Assembly: GCA_020055845.1 (NCBI GenBank)
Contig: JAGVIV010000017.1
Location: 1-49,433 of the forward strand
Direction of reading: 5' to 3'
DNA: 49,433 nucleotides
Source of the DNA: Betaproteobacteria bacterium
Lineage (GTDB): Bacteria > Pseudomonadota > Gammaproteobacteria > Burkholderiales > Gallionellaceae
The notes beneath the pieces were generated by a model, which was not told the origin of the DNA, searched no databases, and saw nothing but the letters and a program-made list of their open reading frames with translations. Positions 8,224 through 16,924 of this stretch are shown piece after piece; position 1 is the first letter of the stretch, and each line of letters begins with the position of its first letter. The position numbers were made by a program, and so were the translations under genes.

Positions 8224-10686
8224 ATGCAACAAAATAAGAACGACCACCTCGCGCATGCGGGGTGTTTTCATTGCGGCTTAACGATTCCTTCTGACATCGA
8301 CTATCACAGCGAGCTGGGCGGGGGAAGTCGTGACTTCTGTTGTTTTGCCTGTAAAGCGGTATGCGAAGCAATCTACGATGCGGGCCTGGAGGGGTATTAC
8401 CAGCGTACACCGCAGGGAACATTGCTGGCTCCGCCACCTACCCCGCCAAAAGATGTCGAGATGTACGACTTGGATGAGGTGCAACAGGAATTTGTCAACT
8501 GTCAGGGCGAGTTGCGCGATGCGCATCTTCTGGTTGAGGGGATTCATTGTGCGGCTTGTGTGTGGCTAATCGAGCGCAGCATGATGCGCGTTCAAGGGGT
8601 GAAGACAGCCAACGTTAATCTGGCGGGGAAGCGCTTGCATATCCGCTGGGACGAGCGAAGCGTCAAGCTATCGCAATTGATTAAGCAGCTCTCGACTATC
8701 GGATACGCCGGTGTTCCTTATGATCCGGAGACGGCCGAGGGGGCGATGAAGCGCGCTAACCGTGCCATGCTGTTCCGTCTGTTTTTTGCCGGATTTGCGA
8801 TGATGAATCTGACCTTGATTTCTATCGCGTTATACAGCGGTGCCGGCGATGGACAGTTTCGCGGTTTCTTTCATTGGATGGGATGGGCGCTGGCCACGCC
8901 GACTTTATTCTATTCGGGATTCCCTTTCTATAAAGGTGCTTGGGGCGGTTTACGCAATTTGCGTTTGACTATGGATCTACCCATTGCCATCGGGCTCTCG
9001 GTGACCTATGCCTACTCCGTATATGTAACGCTGAATACAGCTTATCCTGGTGAAGTCTACTTTGACACGGTGACCAACCTGACCTTTGTGATTCTGATTG
9101 GTCGATATTTGGAAGGTATGTTCCGTCATCAGGCAGTCGCGGCGACCAACCGGCTGATGGAGTTGCAGCCGCGCGTGGCGACCTTGTTGCAGGATGGAAT
9201 TGAAAAGCTCACCTCGATTCGGGCCGTCAAAGTGGGCGATAGGGTATTGGTTAAACCGGGTAGCAAGATCCCTATGGATGGTGTGGTACGCGAGGGGCAT
9301 AGTGCGGTGGATGAATCCATGCTGAGCGGAGAGTCGATGCCCGTCAGCAAGGATGTGGGGGCACATGTCGCTGCCGGAACATTGAACGGCAGCGGCATGC
9401 TTGTAATCGAAGTGCAAGCAGCCATGCAGGATTCCGCCCTGTCCAAAATCATCCGTTTGGTGGAAGAGGCACAATCGTCCAAAGCTCCGATCCAGCGTAT
9501 CTCGGACAGTATCGTGCCCTGGTTCGTGTTGGCCACGCTCATTTGCGCCAGTGTCACCTATTTCATCTGGGCGGGAAATTTTGAGGTCGCCCTGATGGCC
9601 GCGACATCAGTTTTGATTATCACTTGTCCGTGTGCGCTGGGCATGGCCACGCCGATGTCTATCGCCGTGGCATCAGGGCTGGGAGCTAAGCACGGGATTT
9701 TGGTGAAGAACGGAGAGGTGTTGGAGACGCTGTCTAAAGTCACGCATTTCGTGTTTGACAAGACCGGCACACTGACCGAAGGCAAGATGCGTTTGGCGCA
9801 GGTCATCGTCGCTGCAGGACAGCATGAGGAAGAGTTGCTGCGAGCCGCCGCTGCGGTTGAACGTTATTCCGAGCATAGTGTGGCGCATGCCATTGTCAGT
9901 GCTGCGGAGGAACGCCATCTGAACTATCGCAATGTCGTGGCGGGGCATTTTCTTGCGTTACCTGGCGCGGGGGTGCAGGCTGAAATTGAAGGGCAGCGTA
10001 TTTTGCTGGGCACACTGGACTGGTTACGGCGCGAACAAGTGCAACTGAGTGATGAGCTGCAGGCACAGCTGGGTGAACTGGAAACGCAAGCGCAGACCTG
10101 CGTGCATTGCGCCATCGCGGGACGACATGTGGCGATGCTGGTACTGGCGGATACTTTGCGCAGCGACGCGCAAGGCCTGGTCGATGCCCTGCGCAGTGCA
10201 GGTATTCGCATGACTTTATTGAGCGGTGATCGCAAGCCTGTAGCTGAAGCGGTTGCGCGAAAATTGGGCGGCATGGAGGTGATTGCCGAGGTGCTGCCGC
10301 AAGATAAGGATCGCGTGATCCAGATGTTGCAGCAGAACGGGGAATGCGTGGCGATGGTGGGGGACGGCGTGAACGATGCGCCAGCGCTAATCCGTGCCAA
10401 TGTAGGTATCGCCTTGGGGTCGGGCACCGATGTCTCGGTCGAGAGCGCGGACATCGTGCTTATGCAAAACGAATTGGACAAGGTGCGTTTGGCCACCCTG
10501 CTGTCGCGGCGCACGCTGCGTACCATCAAACAAAATATCGGACTGTCATTCGCGTATAACAGCATTATGGTTCCGCTGGCAATCATGGGGCATGTGACGC
10601 CATTGATGGCTGCTATCACTATGCCGATCAGCTCGCTGTTGGTGATAGCCAATGCAGCGCGCATTCGTAACTTGTTCAAGGAGTAG
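8224..10686 (+). CDS. ccoI: copper-translocating P1B-type ATPase CcoI/FixI
   Basis: 820 aa. Cys-rich N-terminal domain, HMA motif GIHCAACV, CPC in ITCPCALGMATP, phosphorylation site DKTGTLT, and GDGVNDAP. Confidence 0.9.
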   Translation: MQQNKNDHLAHAGCFHCGLTIPSDIDYHSELGGGSRDFCCFACKAVCEAIYDAGLEGYYQRTPQGTLLAPPPTPPKDVEMYDLDEVQQEFVNCQGELRDAHLLVEGIHCAACVWLIERSMMRVQGVKTANVNLAGKRLHIRWDERSVKLSQLIKQLSTIGYAGVPYDPETAEGAMKRANRAMLFRLFFAGFAMMNLTLISIALYSGAGDGQFRGFFHWMGWALATPTLFYSGFPFYKGAWGGLRNLRLTMDLPIAIGLSVTYAYSVYVTLNTAYPGEVYFDTVTNLTFVILIGRYLEGMFRHQAVAATNRLMELQPRVATLLQDGIEKLTSIRAVKVGDRVLVKPGSKIPMDGVVREGHSAVDESMLSGESMPVSKDVGAHVAAGTLNGSGMLVIEVQAAMQDSALSKIIRLVEEAQSSKAPIQRISDSIVPWFVLATLICASVTYFIWAGNFEVALMAATSVLIITCPCALGMATPMSIAVASGLGAKHGILVKNGEVLETLSKVTHFVFDKTGTLTEGKMRLAQVIVAAGQHEEELLRAAAAVERYSEHSVAHAIVSAAEERHLNYRNVVAGHFLALPGAGVQAEIEGQRILLGTLDWLRREQVQLSDELQAQLGELETQAQTCVHCAIAGRHVAMLVLADTLRSDAQGLVDALRSAGIRMTLLSGDRKPVAEAVARKLGGMEVIAEVLPQDKDRVIQMLQQNGECVAMVGDGVNDAPALIRANVGIALGSGTDVSVESADIVLMQNELDKVRLATLLSRRTLRTIKQNIGLSFAYNSIMVPLAIMGHVTPLMAAITMPISSLLVIANAARIRNLFKE

Positions 10687-10691
10687 GGGCT

Positions 10692-10904
10692 ATGGAAGTA
10701 ATCTACAGCATGATTCCCGGCATGATGTTTTTCGGGCTGATATTCGTTGCCATTCTTATCTGGGCAGTAAAGAAGGGACAATATGAAGACATGGAGGGCA
10801 ATGCCAGCCGGATCTTGCTGGACGACGATGAAGACGCGTTGCTGCGTGACGATGTTCCGTCCAAAAAGTCGAAAAAAGACAGCGAGCCACCGGTTCATCC
10901 GTGA
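10692..10904 (+). CDS. ccoS: cbb3 oxidase maturation protein CcoS/FixS
   Basis: 70 aa with a single helix followed by KKGQYEDMEG. Typical FixS position after the ATPase. Confidence 0.8.
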   Translation: MEVIYSMIPGMMFFGLIFVAILIWAVKKGQYEDMEGNASRILLDDDEDALLRDDVPSKKSKKDSEPPVHP

Positions 10905-10950
10905 GTTTGCACGGATGTGTTGAAAACGAATTCTGCAGGGATGCGAACCC

Positions 10951-12018
10951 ATGAACAAAACTATGTTTGACAACGATTACTTCTCCGACCCGACCTTACT
11001 TAGTGTGGTCGCGGTGCTTGTGGCAGTCGTTGTTGTCAATCTCGTGGTGAGATTTGTTTTGCATCGTTTGGAGTTGGCTACAAAGTACACCGATACGCTG
11101 TGGGACGATGCGCTTATTCAGGCGGCGCGCCGTCCTTTGCCGGCATTGGCATGGGTGCTCGGTTTGGCTTATGCGGCGCATCTCATTCACAAAGACAAGG
11201 GGCTGGTCTTCCTGCAGCTCATCGCGCCGTTGCGCGATATATCAATCATCGCTTGCGGTGCTTGGTTTTTATTCCGGCTGATCCATAACGTTGCGCATAA
11301 TGTGCTGAGTGCACGCGAGCAGGAAACGCAGACGGTAGATCGGACCACCGTTGATGCAGTGAGCAAGCTGAGCCGCTTTGCCGTGGTCATTGTCGCCGTC
11401 ATCATGGCGATGCATGTGCTTGGATTCAGTGTCTCCGGGGTGTTGGCATTCGGCGGCCTTGGCGGTATTGCGGTGGGTTTTGCCGCCAGAGATATTTTGG
11501 CTAATTTTTTTGGCGGCTTGACCATCTATATGGACAGGCCCTTCGTGGTGGGAGATTTGATACGTTCGCCCGACAAAGCGATAGAGGGAACAGTGGAACA
11601 TATCGGCTGGCGCTTGACCACGGTGCGCAGCCTGAACAAAAGCGCCATCTATGTGCCGAATGCGCTGTTTACCACCATCGTCGTGGAAAATGCTTCGCGT
11701 ATCACCAAACGCCGAATCAGTGAGACGATAGGGCTGCGTTATGCCGATTTGGACGTGATGGCGGCTATCGTGAAGGATGTCAGAGCGATGCTGGCTGCCC
11801 ATGCTGACATAGACCACTCAGAAAAGCTCGCTGTGAATTTCGATCGGTTTGCGGACTCTGCACTTAATTTTTCAATCAATGTCTTTGTCAGCACGACCGA
11901 GGCCGGACGTTTTCAGGAGATTAAACAGGAGCTGTTGTTCAGCGTCGCTGCAATCATCGCAGCACATGGCGCGGAAATCGCCTTCCCTTCGCATACCGTT
12001 TATATTGAAAAAAATTAG
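10951..12018 (+). CDS. mechanosensitive ion channel family protein (MscS-like)
   Basis: 355 aa with N-terminal TM helices and an MscS-type pore/beta domain (ILANFFGGLTIYMDRPFVVGDLI...GTVEHIGWRLTTVRS). Confidence 0.8.
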   Translation: MNKTMFDNDYFSDPTLLSVVAVLVAVVVVNLVVRFVLHRLELATKYTDTLWDDALIQAARRPLPALAWVLGLAYAAHLIHKDKGLVFLQLIAPLRDISIIACGAWFLFRLIHNVAHNVLSAREQETQTVDRTTVDAVSKLSRFAVVIVAVIMAMHVLGFSVSGVLAFGGLGGIAVGFAARDILANFFGGLTIYMDRPFVVGDLIRSPDKAIEGTVEHIGWRLTTVRSLNKSAIYVPNALFTTIVVENASRITKRRISETIGLRYADLDVMAAIVKDVRAMLAAHADIDHSEKLAVNFDRFADSALNFSINVFVSTTEAGRFQEIKQELLFSVAAIIAAHGAEIAFPSHTVYIEKN

Positions 12019-12046
12019 CCCAGTGTGCGAGTGCGGCGGTCGGGTG

Positions 12047-12721
12047 TTATTTGAGAAGCTCACCCTGGCTCAGCAGCGGCGCCCGTAGCAGCTCGAAATC
12101 ACTGGGTGAAACATACTGGAACAAAGGTTTCTCCTCCCCGCCTAAAGTAATATCGAGACCGTGCTGCGGGTACAGCCAATGCACTGCACCACTTTTTGTC
12201 TCGCGTACCCGTTCTGCGGGAATCCCGAAGCGCTTGGTGAAAATAGCTTCTTCCAGTTTGGGCGTGGGCATGTAAGTGATGCTGGCAACAGGCGCTTTTC
12301 TCACGCGAAGTAAATCGTCGGCGGTGAGCGTGATACGTTTGCCGCTCGGCGTACTGTTCATGCGCAGGCCGCGGTTGAACATGCCGGTCAGTTCATCCTG
12401 TGGAATGGCTACAGTGAACACGAATTTGGCTTTTAGACCGTTAAGATTGAGTTCGTCAAAAAAGGCCTCGACCAGCATTTTCCCTTCACTGGTTTTAAAC
12501 AGACTGATTTCAGTCTGTTCTTTGAATACCTTTTTTTCCGCTTCGTCCAGCGAGGTCTGTCCCAGCGTGATGCCGAAAACTCGGGAGCTCTCTGGAGTGG
12601 GGTGGGTGATGCGCCAAGGCAGCGTGTCGGGGCTGTCTGTCGGCGCGGATGGAATGAGCAGTAGAGCGGAGATCGATACAACAACCAGCGCAAATACGCC
12701 CAGAATTATTTTCTTATCCAT
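12047..12721 (-). CDS. hypothetical exported/signal-anchored protein
   Basis: 224-aa ORF with an N-terminal hydrophobic segment (MDKKIILGVFALVVVSISALLLIP). I recognise no motif. It starts 3 nt after the stop of the upstream membrane-protein gene. Confidence 0.55.
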   Translation of the reverse strand: MDKKIILGVFALVVVSISALLLIPSAPTDSPDTLPWRITHPTPESSRVFGITLGQTSLDEAEKKVFKEQTEISLFKTSEGKMLVEAFFDELNLNGLKAKFVFTVAIPQDELTGMFNRGLRMNSTPSGKRITLTADDLLRVRKAPVASITYMPTPKLEEAIFTKRFGIPAERVRETKSGAVHWLYPQHGLDITLGGEEKPLFQYVSPSDFELLRAPLLSQGELLK

Positions 12722-12724
12722 GGA

Positions 12725-13231
12725 TTATGTATTTTCTGAGGAAGGAGGGTAACTGGTGACGGCGCCGGCCGGAATTTTTCCGTCTTTGGCTTGATGTTCC
12801 GCGTCGAATTCAAGGACGACCAACCCTAATACGCAGACCATGAATATCAGACCCAGAATGCTGGTGAATGCCGTAATCGCCACGCCTTTAAAGCCCATGG
12901 CGTGCCCGCCGTAAAAAAACGCGATGCTGAGAATTCCCAATACCAGAAACAGAATGAGAAATAAGCGCGCGCGTTTTGCGGCCAGTTGCCAGTGGCAGCG
13001 CACGAACCAGACCGGCTCCTTGGTGAGTGATCGCTGTGCGCTGATCAGGATATAACCGAGTAGCGAAAGAGAGATGCCCGCCATCAGGATCATGGGAATG
13101 CTGCTCATCTTGATGAGAGTCAGCGCCATCAAGAACAGAAAGATATGATTGACTACCAGATTGAAGAGCAGCGCCGCATGCAAGTGACGTGCCCGTTTTC
13201 TTTCCGTGTCGCTGGTTTGAAGATCCGTCAT
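12725..13231 (-). CDS. hypothetical polytopic membrane protein (about 4 TM)
   Basis: 168-aa ORF with a GGGGA SD 5 nt before the ATG and four long hydrophobic stretches. No recognisable family. Confidence 0.55.
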   Translation of the reverse strand: MTDLQTSDTERKRARHLHAALLFNLVVNHIFLFLMALTLIKMSSIPMILMAGISLSLLGYILISAQRSLTKEPVWFVRCHWQLAAKRARLFLILFLVLGILSIAFFYGGHAMGFKGVAITAFTSILGLIFMVCVLGLVVLEFDAEHQAKDGKIPAGAVTSYPPSSENT

Positions 13232-13306
13232 GGATGTCCCCGGTTAAATTAGGATTGAAAAGATTAAGGCTGCGACACTAACACAGGGCGGATATGCCCG
13301 CCAACC

Positions 13307-14068
13307 TTAAAGTGGTGAATTGGGCTGCTGTCCGAGCAATGCAAGAAGGCGCGGCATATCGAGCAACTCGATGGATTTGTTATCGACCTCGAGCAGACGT
13401 TTTTCCTGAAAATATGACAATGTACGGCTGACGGTTTCCAGCTTCAATCCAAGATAGCTGCCGATCTCCTGCCGTGTCATGCGCAATCTGAAGGAGGATG
13501 GGGAATAGCCGCGCGCGGCAAAACGCTGCGACAGATTCAGCAGAAAGGCCGCCAGGCGCTCTTCCGCGCGCATTGAACCGAGCAACAGCATGATGCCTTG
13601 GTCGCGCACAATCTCGCGGCTCATAATCTTGTGCAGATGGCGCTGCAGGGTCGGCAATTGGCGGCTGAGTTCGGCCAGTTGTTCGAATGGCAGCTCGCAT
13701 ATCTCGCTGTCTTCAAGCGCGATGGCATCACAGGTGTGAATGTCGGTGCTGATTGCGTCGAGCCCGATGATTTCCCCGGGCATTTGAAATCCGGTGACTT
13801 GCTCGCGACCGTCTTCATGCAATATCTGGGTCTTGAAAAAGCCGGTGCGAATGGCGTACAGGGCCGCGAATCCCGCGCCGCTACGGTATAGATAGTCGCC
13901 GCGTTTGTAGGTACGTTTGATGCCGGTCAGTGTCTCCAGTTGCTGGAACTCTGCCGCAGAGAAGTCCGCAGGCAGGCAGAATTCGCGCAGATTACAACGC
14001 GAACAGGCAACTTGGCTGGAAGGGATAGTGACGGCTTTTTGCACGTTATAGTTATAGGGGTATTGCAT
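13307..14068 (-). CDS. fnr: FNR/Anr-type CRP-family oxygen-sensing transcription regulator
   Basis: N-terminal Cys cluster CSRCNLREFC (C-x2-C-x5-C) plus a central Cys (HTCDAIALEDSEIC). cNMP-like domain and HTH with the E--SR recognition motif (LETVSRTL). Start placed at the ATG at 14068 (253 aa), because the longer track ORF would contain the FNR box and overlap hemN. Confidence 0.85.
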   Translation of the reverse strand: MQYPYNYNVQKAVTIPSSQVACSRCNLREFCLPADFSAAEFQQLETLTGIKRTYKRGDYLYRSGAGFAALYAIRTGFFKTQILHEDGREQVTGFQMPGEIIGLDAISTDIHTCDAIALEDSEICELPFEQLAELSRQLPTLQRHLHKIMSREIVRDQGIMLLLGSMRAEERLAAFLLNLSQRFAARGYSPSSFRLRMTRQEIGSYLGLKLETVSRTLSYFQEKRLLEVDNKSIELLDMPRLLALLGQQPNSPL

Positions 14069-14095
14069 CCTCGGAGTACAAATATGCCATGTATT

Positions 14096-14109
14096 TTGAC
14101 CTATATCAA
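14096..14109. promoter_or_regulatory. FNR/Anr box (TTGAC-CTAT-ATCAA) in the fnr-hemN divergent intergenic region
   Basis: 9/10 match to TTGAT-N4-ATCAA. A -10-like CATAGT/ATAGTG at 14131-14137 has class-II spacing towards hemN. The box lies 28-41 nt upstream of the fnr start on the other strand. Confidence 0.65.
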
Positions 14110-14165
14110 ACCTAATTTCGCTTGTGCTGGCATAGTGTGAGGCTTCAAACATGCGGGTTAGGGCT

Positions 14166-15572
14166 ATGAGCAAAAACACTGAAAATGCGGCATCACACTT
14201 GGAAGTCGATTTGGAGCTAATCCGGCGTTTGGATAAGAACGGGCCGCGCTATACCTCTTATCCCACGGCGGACCGTTTCGTCGAGGCGTTTAATGCCGAG
14301 ACCTATGCCAACTGGCTGGGCAAGCGCGAGATCGGTGGCATCAGCCGGCCCTTGTCGCTTTACGTCCACATTCCGTTCTGCAACACGCTGTGTTTTTATT
14401 GCGCCTGCAATAAAGTCATCACCAAGGATTTCAGCAAGGCTGGTGAATATGTGCGTTATTTGACCAAGGAGCTGGAGATGCAGGCCGCGTTGCTGGGTGA
14501 CGGGCGCCGTGTCGAGCAACTGCATTTCGGTGGGGGAACGCCGACGTTCCTGAGTAACGACGAGATCCGCGAACTGATGGGCGCGATACGCAAGAATTTT
14601 GAACTGATTGAAAACGGCGAATATTCCATCGAGATCGATCCACGTAAAGTCAGCGATGAAACCGTTGCGCTGCTGGGTGAGATGGGGTTCAACCGTATCA
14701 GTATTGGTGTGCAGGACTTCGATCCCGAGGTGCAAAAAGCGGTGAATCGTATCCAGAGCGAGGAAGAGACGCTGCAGGTTATCCGTGCCGCGCGCGCCAA
14801 CGGTTTCCAGTCGGTAAGCATCGATTTGATTTACGGCCTTCCCAAGCAGAACCTGGCAGGCTTCAAGGCCACGCTGGACAAAGTCATTGCTGCGGGAGCG
14901 GATCGTTTGTCGATCTACAACTATGCACACATGCCGGCCCTGTTCAAACCGCAGCGGCGCATCCATGAGGAGGATATGCCGGCACCGCAACTCAAGCTCG
15001 ATATTCTCAGTCTGGCGGTAAAGACCCTTACCGATGCAGGTTATGTTTATATCGGTATGGATCACTTTGCCAAGCCGGAAGACGAGCTTGCCGTTGCACA
15101 GCGTCAAGGTAGATTGCACCGGAATTTCCAGGGGTATTCCACGCACTCGGATTGTGATCTGGTGGCAATCGGTGTGAGTGCCATCGGCAAAATTGGCCCG
15201 ACTTACAGTCAGAACTTCCGCGAGCTGGCGGATTATTACGACGCGCTGGATCGCGACACGCTTCCTATCATGCGCGGCATGGAATTGAATGCCGACGACT
15301 TGGTACGTCGCGCCATCATTCAGGCTTTGATGTGCCATTTCGAAATTTCGAAAGAGTCTTTTGATATCGCCTACCTTATCAATTTCGACCAATACTTCGC
15401 TGCGGAACTAAAAGAACTGGCCGAATATGAGCGCGAGGGTTTGCTGAAGATCTCGCCGCAATGGATCAGCGTGACACCCAAAGGGCGCATGTTAATCCGT
15501 AATATTTGCATGGTATTCGACAAATATCTGCGTACCAAACAGGAACACGCGCGCTATTCCAAGGTAATATAG
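14166..15572 (+). CDS. hemN: oxygen-independent coproporphyrinogen III oxidase
   Basis: Radical-SAM CNTLCFYCAC, GPRYTSYPTA and HFGGGTPTFL motifs. The ATG at 14166 (MSKNTEN...) is preferred over the one at 14151, given the predicted TSS near 14144 and the N-terminal length relative to E. coli HemN as I recall it. Confidence 0.9.
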   Translation: MSKNTENAASHLEVDLELIRRLDKNGPRYTSYPTADRFVEAFNAETYANWLGKREIGGISRPLSLYVHIPFCNTLCFYCACNKVITKDFSKAGEYVRYLTKELEMQAALLGDGRRVEQLHFGGGTPTFLSNDEIRELMGAIRKNFELIENGEYSIEIDPRKVSDETVALLGEMGFNRISIGVQDFDPEVQKAVNRIQSEEETLQVIRAARANGFQSVSIDLIYGLPKQNLAGFKATLDKVIAAGADRLSIYNYAHMPALFKPQRRIHEEDMPAPQLKLDILSLAVKTLTDAGYVYIGMDHFAKPEDELAVAQRQGRLHRNFQGYSTHSDCDLVAIGVSAIGKIGPTYSQNFRELADYYDALDRDTLPIMRGMELNADDLVRRAIIQALMCHFEISKESFDIAYLINFDQYFAAELKELAEYEREGLLKISPQWISVTPKGRMLIRNICMVFDKYLRTKQEHARYSKVI

Positions 15573-15598
15573 CAACCTAAGTGTAACGAAGGACTGGT

Positions 15599-16843
15599 AT
15601 GAAACGCGTGGATGATTTCCGCTTGCGCTTTGGTGAGCGAGAGCTGGTGCCTATTATGATAGGCGGGATGGGGGTGGATATATCCAGCGCCGAATTGGCG
15701 CTGGAGGCCGCTCGTCTCGGTGGTATCGGACATATTTCCGATGCCATGCTGCCCACAGTGACAGACCGCCGTTATGACACCGATTTCGTCAAAGCGAAAT
15801 TGACGCAGTATAAATACAACCTCGAGAACGCGGATAAATCCGCCGTCAAGTTCGATTTAGGGCAGGTCGCGGAAGCGACGCGTTTGCACGTGAGCAAAAC
15901 CATGGAAGCCAAGCGCGGTTCTGGGATGGTGTTCGTCAACGTCATGGAAAAACTCACCATGAACGCGCCGAAAGAGACGCTCAAGGTTCGTTTGGAAGAG
16001 GCGCTCTCCGCGGGTATCGACGGCATCACACTGGCGGCCGGTCTGCATCTCGGCTCGTTCGCGATGATAGAAAACCATCCGCGTTTTCGCGATGCAAAGC
16101 TCGGCATCATCGTTTCTTCATTGCGCGCATTGCAGTTGTTCTTGCGCAAGAACGCGCGCACCAACCGTCTGCCCGACTACGTCGTTGTCGAAGGCCCGTT
16201 GGCAGGGGGGCATCTGGGTTTTGGGATGGACTGGGCGCAGTATGATTTGCGCACCATCACGCTGGAGATCATGGCGTATCTGAAAGCGGAGAAGCTGGAT
16301 ATCAATGTCATTCCCGCTGGAGGTATTTTTACCGGTAGTGATGCAACCGGTTTCTTGGAGATGGGTGCAGCAGCCGTGCAAGTGGCGACGCGTTTCACGG
16401 TGGCGGAGGAGTGCGGTTTACCGGCTGACGTGCAACAGGAATACTTCCGCGCGAGCGAAGCGGATATCGAGGTTAACGGTGTCTCGCCTACCGGTTATCC
16501 CATGCGTATGTTGAAGAACAGTCCTGCTATCGGTTCCGGCATTCGTCCCGGTTGTGAGTCCTATGGTTACATCTTGGATGCCAGCGGAAAATGTTCCTAT
16601 ATCGACGCTTATAACCGCGAAGTGGCCGCGCATCCCGGCGAGAAGAAGATACAGGTGTTCGACAAAACGTGTCTGTGTACCCATATGCGCAATTTCAAGT
16701 TATGGACTTGCGGGCATTACACCTATCGTCTCAAGGACACTACGCGCAAAGCGGCGGACGGCAGTTATCAGATTCTTTCTGCCGAGCATGTGTTCAAAGA
16801 TTACCAGTTCAGTACCGATAATAAGATCGCTTTGCCCGTTTAG
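15599..16843 (+). CDS. nitronate monooxygenase (NMO/2-nitropropane dioxygenase)-family flavin TIM-barrel protein with a Cys-rich C-terminal extension
   Basis: 414 aa. Contains IMIGGMGVDIS, VVEGPLAGGHLG and IPAGGIFTG(SD) segments typical of COG2070-type FMN proteins. Five Cys in the last ~90 aa. Lies 26 nt downstream of hemN. Confidence 0.6.
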   Translation: MKRVDDFRLRFGERELVPIMIGGMGVDISSAELALEAARLGGIGHISDAMLPTVTDRRYDTDFVKAKLTQYKYNLENADKSAVKFDLGQVAEATRLHVSKTMEAKRGSGMVFVNVMEKLTMNAPKETLKVRLEEALSAGIDGITLAAGLHLGSFAMIENHPRFRDAKLGIIVSSLRALQLFLRKNARTNRLPDYVVVEGPLAGGHLGFGMDWAQYDLRTITLEIMAYLKAEKLDINVIPAGGIFTGSDATGFLEMGAAAVQVATRFTVAEECGLPADVQQEYFRASEADIEVNGVSPTGYPMRMLKNSPAIGSGIRPGCESYGYILDASGKCSYIDAYNREVAAHPGEKKIQVFDKTCLCTHMRNFKLWTCGHYTYRLKDTTRKAADGSYQILSAEHVFKDYQFSTDNKIALPV

Positions 16844-16924
16844 CTGAATAGAGAGTCCGGTGCTTCGGTTTTTCTGAGTAGGGCAATCGGATAGAATGGC
16901 GGCTTACTTCTGCGTAGGCACATC

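Noticed and set aside
13307-14179. The 290-aa version of the fnr ORF starting at 14179.
   Set aside because: The extra 37 residues precede the conserved Cys cluster by far more than in known FNR proteins. They would overlap the hemN start and contain the FNR box itself. The ATG at 14068 gives an FNR-sized 253-aa protein, although its SD spacing is poor.
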